Assembly: GCA_050746905.1 (NCBI GenBank)
Contig: JBOGNJ010000190.1
Span: forward strand, 8,409 to 72,408
DNA: 64,000 nucleotides
From: Candidatus Acidiferrales bacterium
Lineage (GTDB): Bacteria > Acidobacteriota > Terriglobia > Acidiferrales > UBA7541
Reading direction: 5' to 3'
Positions 1-9,181 of this stretch are shown piece by piece. Numbering within the stretch: position 1 is the first letter of the stretch; each line of letters opens with the position of its first letter. The notes beneath the pieces are model-generated. The model ran no database searches and had not been told where the DNA came from. It was given only the letters and a program-made list of their open reading frames with translations. The position numbers and the translations under genes are program-made.

Positions 1-434
1 GCATCGGCGAAAAACCGACCAGGATTTGGAGCCCGCCGGCGTTCGTAATGATCAGCGGCGGAAGCTTTGGATTCCAGATCGGCGGAGCGTCGACGGATTT
101 GATTCTTGTGTTCCGGAACCGCAACGGACTGAAGAAGCTATTGAGCGACAAGTTCAAGATAGGGGGTCAGGCGACCGCAGCGGCCGGGCCAGTGGGCCGC
201 GATGCCAGCGCGAGTACGGATTTACAGTTGCACGCGCAAATATTGTCGTATTCACGAAGCCGAGGCGTTTTTGCGGGCATCAGCCTTGCCGGCGCCGTTT
301 TTCAACCGGATCATGACGGAGACGTGGCCATGTACGGCGAGACCATGGATTCGCAGACAATTCTGAACGGCAAGGTGGTTATGCCGAGAGAAGCGGCGGA
401 GTTGATGGCCGAGGTGAAGAAGTACGCGTTGTAG
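1..434 (+). CDS. SYLF/Ysc84-like (DUF500) domain protein, C-terminal part; 5' end lies outside the window
   Basis: Frame 3 is open from base 3 to the stop at 432-434, so the listed ORF 48..434 begins at an internal Met. The Gly-rich pattern GSFGFQIGG...GGQATAAAGPVGRD...GVFAGISLAGAV looks like SYLF domains as I remember them. Confidence 0.6.
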   Translation, partial: IGEKPTRIWSPPAFVMISGGSFGFQIGGASTDLILVFRNRNGLKKLLSDKFKIGGQATAAAGPVGRDASASTDLQLHAQILSYSRSRGVFAGISLAGAVFQPDHDGDVAMYGETMDSQTILNGKVVMPREAAELMAEVKKYAL

Positions 435-491
435 GGAACCCGGCGAGAAGGCGGATTTAAGAAGCGAAATTACGGCAAGCAACGCGACGGA

Positions 492-1595
492 CTATTTGGA
501 GCAGGATTGGCCGGCTGCACGGGACAACCGATTTGCGCCGTCGCGTTTTCCCGCGGCAGTTGACGCGGCGGTGGTCCAATTTTCCATCAGCCCGCGAAAT
601 TCCCGCATCAGGTGGCCGTCCCACCAACCTCGATTTACTTCTTCCTGAAGAATTTTCCATGCCTGAGCGGGCGCCAGAGCGGGGCGATAAGGCCGCCGCG
701 TAGTTAGCGCGTCGTATACATCGGCGATTTGCAAGACGCGCGCGGTGAGAGGAATCTGGCCGCTGCGCAATCCATCTGGATAGCCGGAGCCGTCCCAGCG
801 TTCGTGATGATGGCGAATAATGCCGAGGACGGTGCGGAATGATTTCAGAGGTGAGCAGATACGCTCGCCGACGGCGGGATGTTGTCTGATCGCGGTGCGC
901 TCCTCGGTAGTGAGCGGCCCAGGCTTAAGCAGAATCGCGTCGGATACAACGACTTTGCCGATATCGTGAACAATTCCGGCGCGGCGGAGGGCAGTGATTT
1001 CGTCGTCGGGAAGCCCGAGGCGCACGCCGAGACGCGCGGAAAATTCCGACAAACGCGAGCAATGGCCGTGGGTGTAAGGATCGCGAGCTTCAATGGCCAG
1101 GGCCAAACTGAAGAGCACGGCTTCGGCGTTTTCGAGTTCGTCGGTGAACGATTTCAGACGCAGCAGGGAACGAACGCGCGCATCCAGTTCCGTCATGTCG
1201 ATCGGTTTGTTCAGGAAATCGTCGGCACCGGCTTCGATGCCGCGAATGCGGTCACTTTTATCCGAAAGGCCGGTGACGAGGATGACGGGAATGAGGCGCG
1301 TCTCCGGGCGCGACTTAATTTCGCGGCAGACGGAGAAACCGTCGCGGCCGGGCATGAGGACGTCGAGAAGAATCAGGTCGGGCTGAAACGAGACGCACTC
1401 GTCGAGAGCGCGATTGCCGTCACTCGCCGTGCGCACGTCATATTCCCGGCGGCGCAGGAGCAACTGCAGGCCGCTGCGAGTATCAATATCGTCATCGACG
1501 ACAAGGATTTTGCCGTTCACGAAATTCCGTTCGCGTTGAATAGGCTGAATAACGGGCGAGACTGAAAGAATACGCTTCCCGAGAGAAGTGTGCAA
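492..1595 (-). CDS. Response regulator with REC receiver + HD-GYP domain (RpfG-type c-di-GMP phosphodiesterase)
   Basis: Receiver motifs ILVVDDD ... DLILLDVLMPGRDG. C-terminal HGHCSRLS, IVHDIGKV and HHERWDGSGYPDGL are the HD and GYP signatures. Confidence 0.9.
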   Translation of the reverse strand: MHTSLGKRILSVSPVIQPIQRERNFVNGKILVVDDDIDTRSGLQLLLRRREYDVRTASDGNRALDECVSFQPDLILLDVLMPGRDGFSVCREIKSRPETRLIPVILVTGLSDKSDRIRGIEAGADDFLNKPIDMTELDARVRSLLRLKSFTDELENAEAVLFSLALAIEARDPYTHGHCSRLSEFSARLGVRLGLPDDEITALRRAGIVHDIGKVVVSDAILLKPGPLTTEERTAIRQHPAVGERICSPLKSFRTVLGIIRHHHERWDGSGYPDGLRSGQIPLTARVLQIADVYDALTTRRPYRPALAPAQAWKILQEEVNRGWWDGHLMREFRGLMENWTTAASTAAGKRDGANRLSRAAGQSCSK

Positions 1596-1602
1596 TAAGA
1601 GA

Positions 1603-1687
1603 CAGTATTCGGTAGTGGGTCAGTTTGAATTTCGACCCCTTGTGTCACTATCAAGAAAATTCAAACTGACCCACTTCTCAGTATTCG
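1603..1687. repeat. MITE-like palindromic element: perfect 19-bp inverted repeat bracketed by 9-bp direct repeats
   Basis: AGTGGGTCAGTTTGAATTT (1614-1632) and its exact reverse complement (1657-1675) are separated by a 24-nt loop. Identical CAGTATTCG copies lie at 1603-1611 and 1679-1687. Confidence 0.5.
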
Positions 1688-1747
1688 TTTTCATGGGGAA
1701 GTGAAAGGCTCCGTGAATTGTTAGCGCGGCGTCCGGATATTTGCGAA

Positions 1748-2602
1748 TCAGGATTCGCGGCGCAATGTTGCCTGAACTAATCCACGCGGCTCCTCCGAGG
1801 GCGAAAAAACTTCGCTTTCGTTTTCCATGCCAAACGGTTTGAGGTCGACGAGCGAGTAAAGGTTGTCCGCGAGAGCGAGCTGGATTTCAGCGATGGCTCC
1901 GAAATTATCGAGCACGGACTGGCCCATGGCGTAGGCGGTGTGTTGAAGGGAACGGCCCGGATGATTCGCGAACGCCTCGAGCAATATTTTGCGGATGCCA
2001 TGCCACGTCGCGGAAAATGGCGCGTCCGCTTCGGAGGTTTCGTAGGTCCACGCGGCGTTGATGTCCGCAGAAATAACGGAATTCGAAGGCTGCTGGAGCG
2101 TTGTGTAAGGATCGCGGAGAAAGCCTCCGAAGGCCGCCGCGGTGGTTCTGAGGAGAAGCAGGTTTTCAATGCCGGATTGAATCGTTGTATGTTCGCGCGT
2201 CGCGGTGATGTGCGTGGTTCGCCGTTCGCCCGCGTTGGAGACGAATGCGGAAGCGTGCGGTTTTTCGGCGATGAGGATGCGAGACCAGGGACGTTCGCTG
2301 GCGTTCACTCGAATGCGAGAGAGTTGCGGATTGTAGGTGAGGAAATGTTCGACGATGTGGAGGACGAATTCCTCGACCGCCTCGGCCGGATATTGGCGAG
2401 CGAGCACGTAGACGGTGTTCGTCATGGTGCCGGCGGGGAGGATTTTACGATTGTCGCCGGCAATGTGAGCGGCGTCGAAATCGCCTTCAAAATAAATGGA
2501 GAGGGTGAGGTCTTTGAGTTCGTGAAGGCTGCCGCGAGGCATGACTCGCAGCAGCCGGATGCGTGATTCGCCGTACGAGTTGTGTGCGAGCTTTACATTC
2601 AT
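1748..2602 (-). CDS. uox: Urate oxidase (factor-independent urate hydroxylase)
   Basis: 284 aa. The N-terminus NSYGESRIRLLRV, the tandem T-fold-like halves and the length are typical of uricase. GGAG lies upstream of the ATG. Confidence 0.8.
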   Translation of the reverse strand: MNVKLAHNSYGESRIRLLRVMPRGSLHELKDLTLSIYFEGDFDAAHIAGDNRKILPAGTMTNTVYVLARQYPAEAVEEFVLHIVEHFLTYNPQLSRIRVNASERPWSRILIAEKPHASAFVSNAGERRTTHITATREHTTIQSGIENLLLLRTTAAAFGGFLRDPYTTLQQPSNSVISADINAAWTYETSEADAPFSATWHGIRKILLEAFANHPGRSLQHTAYAMGQSVLDNFGAIAEIQLALADNLYSLVDLKPFGMENESEVFSPSEEPRGLVQATLRRES

Positions 2603-2672
2603 GAGGCGGCTCCTCGAAATTCCGAATGAATTCTAGCGGGCTGGAAGCGAGCGCGCGGGATAGGCATAACGT

Positions 2673-3170
2673 TCAGTACGAAATCTTGTCCGGCTTCGCT
2701 TGCCACGTATGAAAAACCTCTATTGCGTCGTCGCGCATCAGGGGAATCATCGGGATGCGACGTTCGGGCGCGGGGTGGCGGATTTCGCCGTAAATCACCG
2801 AATCATCGAAGCCGATTTTCGCGGCGTCCGCGGCCGTATTGGCGAAATAGATTTTCGCGAGGCGCGCCCAGTAAATAGCGCCAAGGCACATGGGGCACGG
2901 CTCGCAGGTTGCATAGATTTCGCAACCGGCGAGGTCGAAACGTTTTAATTTGCGGCAGGCTTCGCGGATGGCGACGATTTCGGCGTGGGCGGTGGGATCG
3001 TTGGTGGACGCGACGCAGTTCACGCCTTCGGAAATAATTTCGCCGTCTTTTACGACAAGGGCGGCGAACGGACCGCCCCGATCCGAGCGAATGTTTTCGA
3101 GCGAAAGCGCAATCGCGCGAGCCATGAACGAATCCGGCGCAGATTGTTTTGCGAGCATGCAGTTCCTCAA
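2673..3170 (-). CDS. guaD: CDA-fold zinc deaminase, guanine deaminase (GuaD)-like
   Basis: HAEIVAIREA ... CEPCPMCLGAIYW zinc motifs. The tail GFDDSVIYGEI resembles GuaD rather than TadA. It sits 70 nt upstream of uricase on the same strand. Confidence 0.7.
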   Translation of the reverse strand: MRNCMLAKQSAPDSFMARAIALSLENIRSDRGGPFAALVVKDGEIISEGVNCVASTNDPTAHAEIVAIREACRKLKRFDLAGCEIYATCEPCPMCLGAIYWARLAKIYFANTAADAAKIGFDDSVIYGEIRHPAPERRIPMIPLMRDDAIEVFHTWQAKPDKISY

Positions 3171-3206
3171 CGTAAAAGACGAAACAAGATGGGATTGTAA
3201 CAGCGG

Positions 3207-4778
3207 TCAGTGCGCGATGACGCGCGATTTGCCGGGCCTGGCTTTCTTTAAGATGAACATGACGGGAATCATGGCGAGGCAAACATATCCCATGACGCGA
3301 AAATCGTCGATGAACGAAAGCATCATGGACTGCTGCTGGATGATGCCATAGAACATTTTCTGCGCTTGATGAAGAGCGTCCACTGGACTGGACCCGGCGA
3401 CGATGAGCCGCTGCGCCAGGGCGTGCATTTGAGCCTGGAAACCGGGCGTTGTTGCGGTGACGTGCGAAGTAAGGAGAGCTTGATGTTTCTGTCCGCCGCG
3501 ATCGAGCAGCGTGGTGACGAATGAAATTCCCATGCTTCCGCCGATATTGCGAGCGAGGTTGATGAGGCCGGTGGCGTCGTTGGTTTTCTTCGGGGCGACG
3601 AAATAAAATGCGATCACGTTGATGGGAACGAACAAGAAGGCCACACCGGCACGGGAAACAATCCATACCGTTACGGGCGTCCGAATGCCCATTTGGAGAT
3701 CGAAATGAGACATCATAAAGAGTCCGGACGCAGTGATAGCGAGGCCCACGACGACAAGCCATCGGGCTTCAATTTTTCCGAGCAAAATGCCCACGATGGG
3801 CAGGATGGCGATCATGACGGCTCCGCCGGGGAGGAGCACGAGGCCGCTTTGCATGGCGCTGTAACCCATTAGGGTTTGCATCAGTATGGGGAGTAAGACC
3901 GTGGTTCCATATAAAACGAAGCCGAGGATGTACATCGTGAATACCGCGACGGCGAAATTGCGCTCCTTGAGCAGATGCAAATCCACCACGGGCTCTTTTT
4001 GCCGCAACTCCCAGATGATCGCGCCGACGATCCCGGCGCCGCCGAGGACACTGGCCCAGATGATGAAGTGAGAACCGAACCAATCGTCGCGCTGGCCTTT
4101 GTCGAGGACGACTTGAAGGAATCCGAGGCCGACGCTGAGGAAGGCGATGCCAATGTAATCAATTTTGAGGCGCAGTTTTTTCATGTAAGGCGGATTCTTG
4201 ATCAGCATCGTCGTCATCAGGATGGAGAGGATTCCGACGGGAATGTTGATGAAGAAAATCCAGCGCCAGGTGAAACTGTCCGTGATCCAGCCGCCGAGCG
4301 TGGGACCGATTGTGGGCGCGACGACGACGCCCATGCCGTAGACGGCCATGGCCATGCCTTGTTTTTCGCGCGGGAAACTATCGACGAGAATCGCCTGGGA
4401 AATTGGCTGAAGGCCGCCTCCTCCGGCGCCCTGGATGATGCGAAAGAAGACAAGTATCGGCAAACTTGGTGCGAGGCCGCACAAGAAAGAGCTGATGGTG
4501 AAGACCGCGACGCAAGCCATATAGAACTGCTTGCGGCCGAAGACATTCGAGAGCCAGCCGGTCAAGGGAAGGACGATGGCGTTCGAGACCAAGTAAGAAG
4601 TGAGGACCCAGGTGCTTTCGTCAACGCCGGCGCTGAGGCTGCCGGCGATGTGCGGCAGGGAAACATTGGCGACGCTGGTGTCCAGGACTTCCATGAACGT
4701 CGCCAGCATGACGGTGACGGCGATGAGCCAAGGATTAACGTCCTGTGTGCGCTCGCGCGGAAGTGCAAAAGTGGCCAT
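3207..4778 (-). CDS. MFS transporter, DHA2 (EmrB/QacA, 14-TMS) drug-efflux family
   Basis: 523 aa, strongly hydrophobic. N-terminus LATFMEVLDTSVANVSLPHIAGSL and motif LTGWLSNVFGRK are typical of EmrB-type pumps. Confidence 0.85.
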   Translation of the reverse strand: MATFALPRERTQDVNPWLIAVTVMLATFMEVLDTSVANVSLPHIAGSLSAGVDESTWVLTSYLVSNAIVLPLTGWLSNVFGRKQFYMACVAVFTISSFLCGLAPSLPILVFFRIIQGAGGGGLQPISQAILVDSFPREKQGMAMAVYGMGVVVAPTIGPTLGGWITDSFTWRWIFFINIPVGILSILMTTMLIKNPPYMKKLRLKIDYIGIAFLSVGLGFLQVVLDKGQRDDWFGSHFIIWASVLGGAGIVGAIIWELRQKEPVVDLHLLKERNFAVAVFTMYILGFVLYGTTVLLPILMQTLMGYSAMQSGLVLLPGGAVMIAILPIVGILLGKIEARWLVVVGLAITASGLFMMSHFDLQMGIRTPVTVWIVSRAGVAFLFVPINVIAFYFVAPKKTNDATGLINLARNIGGSMGISFVTTLLDRGGQKHQALLTSHVTATTPGFQAQMHALAQRLIVAGSSPVDALHQAQKMFYGIIQQQSMMLSFIDDFRVMGYVCLAMIPVMFILKKARPGKSRVIAH

Positions 4779-4785
4779 CGGGGAA

Positions 4786-6099
4786 TTACTTCGTGATGAT
4801 TGTGGCCTCGACGTTCATTCCGGGGCGCAGAACCGCCTGCTTCAACACGTCAGGGTCGATGAGGATTTTTACGGGGATACGTTCGACCACTTTGACGTAG
4901 TTGCCGGTGGCGTTTTCCGGAGGCAAGAGGCTGAGGCGCGAGCCGGTGGCGCCCGCGATGGAGTCCACGCGCCCCGGGAAAGTTTTCCCGTACGTATCGA
5001 CATGAATTTCGGCGCGGTCACCGGGCTGCACGTGCGCTAGTTGGGTTTCCTTGAAATTGGCGGTGACCCAAACATCGTTTAGAGGGACGAGAAGGAGGAG
5101 GCCCTGGCCGGGTTGGACGATTTCGCCGACTTCGACGGTTTTGTTCGTGACGGTGCCGTCTTCCGGGGCGGCGATGGTTGTGTAATCGAGATTCAGCTGC
5201 GCGGCATTGAGATTGGCTTGCGCTTGCCGGACGGCCGCGCGCGCTGATGCAGCATTGGCCGAGCTCACTGTGACCTGTTTGATATTCGCCTGCGCCTCGG
5301 TCAAGCCGGCGTGGGCCTTTTCGAGCTGAGCCTTCGCCGAGGCTACCTGAGCTTGGCGCACAGAAACCGTTTGTTGGGCCAAAGAAAAATTTTGGCGCGC
5401 AGCGTCGAGTTGGCTTTTGGCCTCTTGCTCAGCGGCCACGAAGCCGTCATATTGCTGCTGCGAAATCTCGGCCTTGGCGGCGAGCGGCTTCATGCGAGTG
5501 AGGTCGGACGCGGCCTTTTGGTGCTTCGCTTCCTTTTCCTGCACGTTAGCCTGGGCGTAAGCCAGGCCGGAAGTCCGGGCGGTTTGGAGAGCGAGATTCG
5601 CTTGCTCGTAACTTGCTTGAGCGGCGGCCACAACGGCGCCGGCGCTGGTTGTGCCGCTATGCGTGGTTTCGGACGTGAGCGGGACATTCACATTGGCGGC
5701 TTGGGCGCGGCTTTGCGCGAGGGCCAGGGCGGCCTTGGCATCGTCAAGTTTGGCTTGAAAGTCGCGCGGGTCGAGGCGAACGAGGAGCTGCCCTTTCTTC
5801 ACGGTCTGATTGTCTTTGACGAGAACGTCGATGACGCTGCCGGAAACGCGCGGAGCGATGGGAATGATGTGCCCGTTGACTTGCGCGTCGTCGGTGGATT
5901 CGCGATTGCGATAATGCAGCCATAGTACGAGAGCGATAACCGCGACGACGACTCCGGCGATCAGGAGGGCGCGGCGCACGCGCGGATTGCGCAGGGCGCT
6001 TGGCTTGGGGCTGGCGGGCTTTTCTTGCTGGGGAGCCGCCGCTTCTTTTTCCGGTTCCCGCTGTTTTTCAGGCTCGAGTTCAGTGGTCTTGCTGCTCAT
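4786..6099 (-). CDS. HlyD/EmrA-family membrane fusion protein
   Basis: One N-terminal TM segment, a long Ala/Gln-rich coiled coil, then lipoyl/beta-barrel segments (GQLLVRLDPRDF, YTTIAAPEDGTV). It is 7 nt from the MFS gene. Confidence 0.85.
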   Translation of the reverse strand: MSSKTTELEPEKQREPEKEAAAPQQEKPASPKPSALRNPRVRRALLIAGVVVAVIALVLWLHYRNRESTDDAQVNGHIIPIAPRVSGSVIDVLVKDNQTVKKGQLLVRLDPRDFQAKLDDAKAALALAQSRAQAANVNVPLTSETTHSGTTSAGAVVAAAQASYEQANLALQTARTSGLAYAQANVQEKEAKHQKAASDLTRMKPLAAKAEISQQQYDGFVAAEQEAKSQLDAARQNFSLAQQTVSVRQAQVASAKAQLEKAHAGLTEAQANIKQVTVSSANAASARAAVRQAQANLNAAQLNLDYTTIAAPEDGTVTNKTVEVGEIVQPGQGLLLLVPLNDVWVTANFKETQLAHVQPGDRAEIHVDTYGKTFPGRVDSIAGATGSRLSLLPPENATGNYVKVVERIPVKILIDPDVLKQAVLRPGMNVEATIITK

Positions 6100-6114
6100 G
6101 GATATAGCTCGCTT

Positions 6115-7539
6115 TCACTTATTATAAAGCAATTCGATGCGCCCAATGGCGTGCGCCAGATCGGCGCGCGACTGGTTGTACTGATAAAGGGCCGAGATTT
6201 GATTTTCGTTGGCGCGCGCGAGAGCGTCCTGCGCGGTGACGACTTCAATGTTGTCGGCGACGCCGGCTTTGAAGCGGTCGCGCGATTGCTGGACTTCCTG
6301 GTTGGCCAAATCGACGCCAAGATTGGCGACCTGCACCTGATTTCGCGCGGAATCGAGCTCGGCGATAGCTGTGTGGACGTCGAGGGCGATCTGGTTGCGC
6401 TCGTCGGTGATGTTTTGCCGGATTTTCTGAACTTCGAGAGCGTCGCGCGCAATTTGATTGTGGATGCGGCCGCCGGTAAATAGAGGCATGGTGATGCCCG
6501 CCTGGTAGACGTAGGTCGGGATGATGGTGCTGGACGAGAGACCTTGCTGCTCGTAATCGCCGCTGAAGGCTAGGGCGGGCCAGCGGGATTCACTGTCGGC
6601 GCGTTTCTGATATTCGAGCGATTGCCGCTCGGCGAGCAGAGCGCGCATTTCCGGACGCGTTTGATAGGCTTGCGCGAGGCTTTCGTCCGCGCTGATTTCC
6701 GGCGTTTCGAAAAAGCTGGTCTGATCGTCGAGGATAATTTTCTGTTGCGGATCGAGATTCAGTAACTTTGAGAGGCCGTACAAAGCGATTTGCTGATTCG
6801 TTTGCGCCACGATGAGGCGCTGCTTTTCGTTCTGGAGTTCGACGTTTGCGCGCAAGGCGTCGACGCCCGTGGCGACGCCATTTTTCTCCATGTCGGAAGT
6901 TTGATCGTAAAGGGCTTGCGCAAGATCCACCTGCGATTGCGCGGCCTGCGTTTCCGCGCCGGCGTGCAGGCTGGAGAGATATTGCGAAACGACTAGGAGC
7001 ACGATTTGTTCGCGCACGGACTGGCGTTGCGCGTCCGCGCTGAGGATAGTTTTGCGCGAGGCCTGCCAGCGCCGCCAGAGAGAAAGATCGAAGACGGGCG
7101 CGGAGAAATTCGAGCCGGCCTGGAACACCTGGAACGGGCCGACCGCTTCGGGTACGCCGGGGATTGTGAGGCCGATGCCGGCGCGAATGTTCGAGCGAAT
7201 GGCGCGATCGGAAACGTTGAAATCAGCCTGAGGCAGCAGGGCAGAGCGCGCGATGGCGCTGTCTTTACGGCTCTCGGCCAGATTCAGCCCGGCGATTTGT
7301 ACGCTGGGATTTTGCTTTAGGGCGAGCTCGATTGCCTGATGCAGATTGAGCCGCAGGGGCTGCGAAGGGGCGATTGCCTGGGAATGTGCGGCTGTGATTG
7401 TCAAAACCAACAAAAGAAGGAAAGCGATGAGGCGAGCGCCTCTTTGTAACGATTTCAAGCAAGGCTTCGAGCGTTGATTGCGCTTGGAGGTTTGCTCCTC
7501 AGAAAACATTTGAGTAATACTTGCCTTTCCGCGAATCAC
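6115..7539 (-). CDS. TolC-family outer membrane efflux protein
   Basis: Signal peptide and two repeated OEP halves (LNLHQAIELALKQNPS..., ...YQYNQSRADLAHAIG). It heads the three-gene efflux operon. Confidence 0.85.
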   Translation of the reverse strand: MIRGKASITQMFSEEQTSKRNQRSKPCLKSLQRGARLIAFLLLLVLTITAAHSQAIAPSQPLRLNLHQAIELALKQNPSVQIAGLNLAESRKDSAIARSALLPQADFNVSDRAIRSNIRAGIGLTIPGVPEAVGPFQVFQAGSNFSAPVFDLSLWRRWQASRKTILSADAQRQSVREQIVLLVVSQYLSSLHAGAETQAAQSQVDLAQALYDQTSDMEKNGVATGVDALRANVELQNEKQRLIVAQTNQQIALYGLSKLLNLDPQQKIILDDQTSFFETPEISADESLAQAYQTRPEMRALLAERQSLEYQKRADSESRWPALAFSGDYEQQGLSSSTIIPTYVYQAGITMPLFTGGRIHNQIARDALEVQKIRQNITDERNQIALDVHTAIAELDSARNQVQVANLGVDLANQEVQQSRDRFKAGVADNIEVVTAQDALARANENQISALYQYNQSRADLAHAIGRIELLYNK

Positions 7540-7699
7540 CGTTGAAACCGACGGTTGCGATTTCGACCACTATTTGATGTTGCGAGCCTCGGCTGCGATG
7601 CGCGCATTGTTGGCGGCACATTGTTTCACGAGCCGGGACGCCGGTTTCTCAATTGTGAGCGTGACGTGAACTGCCAATTTCGTTCACCGGTAAGCGGCG

Positions 7700-8023
7700 T
7701 TAGAGACGGTCGATTTTCGCGGCGAGGATGAAGTCGCTTTCCGTCAACCCGTCGATTTTATGAGTCCATGTGGTGATTTCCGCTTTGCCCCACGTGAAAT
7801 TGATGGCGGGGTGATGTCCCTGCTCCTCGGCTACGGCGCCCACTTTGTTGACAAAGGCGAGGGCCTGTTTGAAATCGGAGAAGGTGAAGGTTTTCGCGAG
7901 ATGGTGTTCGTCGATGACTTTCCAGCCGGAAACTTGTTTCAGGAATTCGTCGAGCTCCTTGCCCTTCAGAGGAGGCACGCCTCCGCGGCAAGGCACGCAC
8001 GTTTTGCTTGCTAGATCTGTCAT
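7700..8023 (-). CDS. phhB: Pterin-4-alpha-carbinolamine dehydratase
   Basis: GHHPAINFTWGKAEITTWTHKIDGLTESDF is the PCD signature. I chose the ATG at 8023 because AGGAG lies 5 nt upstream; the listed ORF runs to 8053. Confidence 0.85.
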   Translation of the reverse strand: MTDLASKTCVPCRGGVPPLKGKELDEFLKQVSGWKVIDEHHLAKTFTFSDFKQALAFVNKVGAVAEEQGHHPAINFTWGKAEITTWTHKIDGLTESDFILAAKIDRL

Positions 8024-8125
8024 TGTGGCTCCTGATCCACAACTTCTGGACACACGCCGATTGTAGCGAATCGCGCAGGGATAACAAAAGGCAGAATGAT
8101 TGAGAACGCGGGGAGCGCGCCGAAT

Positions 8126-9001
8126 TCAGGGTTTCGCGGCGGCCGCGGAACTGCGCGCGAGATAGTCCTTAATGTAAACCGTGAACGCTTCGTCGAGACG
8201 GCGAGTGATCGGGCCGGGAGCATTCGCGTACCGGTGGCCCGCAATTTCGCCGATGGCGAGGAGAGTGCGGTTCGTGGATGAAATGAAAATTTCCTCGGCG
8301 GAAAACAGGTCGGCGGGCCGAAGAACTGCTTCTTCGCAGGGAATGTCGGCGCGCGGGCCGATTTCGAGCAGGATGCTGCGGGTGATGCCTTCGAGGCAGC
8401 CGGACGTGAGCGGCGGGGTGAGCACGCGTCCTCCGCGAACACAAAAGACATTCGCGGCGGTGCACTCGGAGACTTCGCCACGCTCGTTGAGAAGCACCAC
8501 TTCGTCGAAGCCGCCCTGCTGCGCCTCGTAGAGATTCCAGACGTTGTTCAGCCACGAAGTGACTTTCACGCCCGCGAGGGGCGAGGCTGCGTGGCGTCCA
8601 TGCTCGCGAAGATTCAAGCGCGCCGGCTGGCGATAGGCAGGGAGGTCCGTGCTGCAAAGAAATAAGTCGACGAGGGGCATGCTTTCATCGCTGCGCCAGT
8701 GGCCGACTTGATTGTAGATGGCGTAAATGCGGGCGCAGCCTTCCTTGACGTGATTGGCGCGGATGACTTCGAGCAGTTGGGCGCGAACTTTTTCGGCGTT
8801 GAAGGGAAGCGGACAATGCGTGCGCGCCGCGTCTTTCTCGAGGCGTTTCCAGTGGCGCTCGAAGGCGAAGATCTCGCCGTCGAAAATGTGGAGGGTGGTG
8901 AACAGGCCCCAGCCGTTGAGGAGGCCCGCCTGGCCGGGCGAGAAGCGCGCTTCTTCGATGGGCATGAGTTTCGTGTTGTGAAAGACGAAGCGATGGAACA
9001 T
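8126..9001 (-). CDS. Class IV aminotransferase (branched-chain/D-amino-acid aminotransferase or ADC-lyase family)
   Basis: GWGLFTTLHIFDGEIFAFERHWKRL ... GVKVTSWLNNV ... ECTAANVF ... ITR are class IV fold motifs. The Met at 9001 matches the usual family N-terminus; the 58 extra upstream codons look non-coding. Confidence 0.8.
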   Translation of the reverse strand: MFHRFVFHNTKLMPIEEARFSPGQAGLLNGWGLFTTLHIFDGEIFAFERHWKRLEKDAARTHCPLPFNAEKVRAQLLEVIRANHVKEGCARIYAIYNQVGHWRSDESMPLVDLFLCSTDLPAYRQPARLNLREHGRHAASPLAGVKVTSWLNNVWNLYEAQQGGFDEVVLLNERGEVSECTAANVFCVRGGRVLTPPLTSGCLEGITRSILLEIGPRADIPCEEAVLRPADLFSAEEIFISSTNRTLLAIGEIAGHRYANAPGPITRRLDEAFTVYIKDYLARSSAAAAKP

Positions 9002-9181
9002 GCGTCCTCCGGCGTCGCGGCCATTGTAGCGCAATACTTGGGTGACGGCGGAGAAGCGTGCGGAATTTTGGCTGAGGGTGGGTTGTAACAAAGACTGGAG
9101 GGAAGAGGGCGGCATAAACCCGCCCCTACAACGCTGACGGAGGGAAAGAGCGGGCAGGCCCGCCCGCCCCAACAAAGACTT

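Noticed and set aside
2803-3762. 319-aa minus-strand ORF overlapping the deaminase and MFS genes in another frame
   Set aside because: It is extremely Arg-rich (RRRNRRHPRS...) and spans the intergenic gap between two well-supported genes.
9002-9175. N-terminal 58-codon extension of the class IV aminotransferase ORF
   Set aside because: The Met at 9001 gives the family-typical N-terminus. The extension is Arg/Gly/Ser-rich and unlike the rest of the protein.
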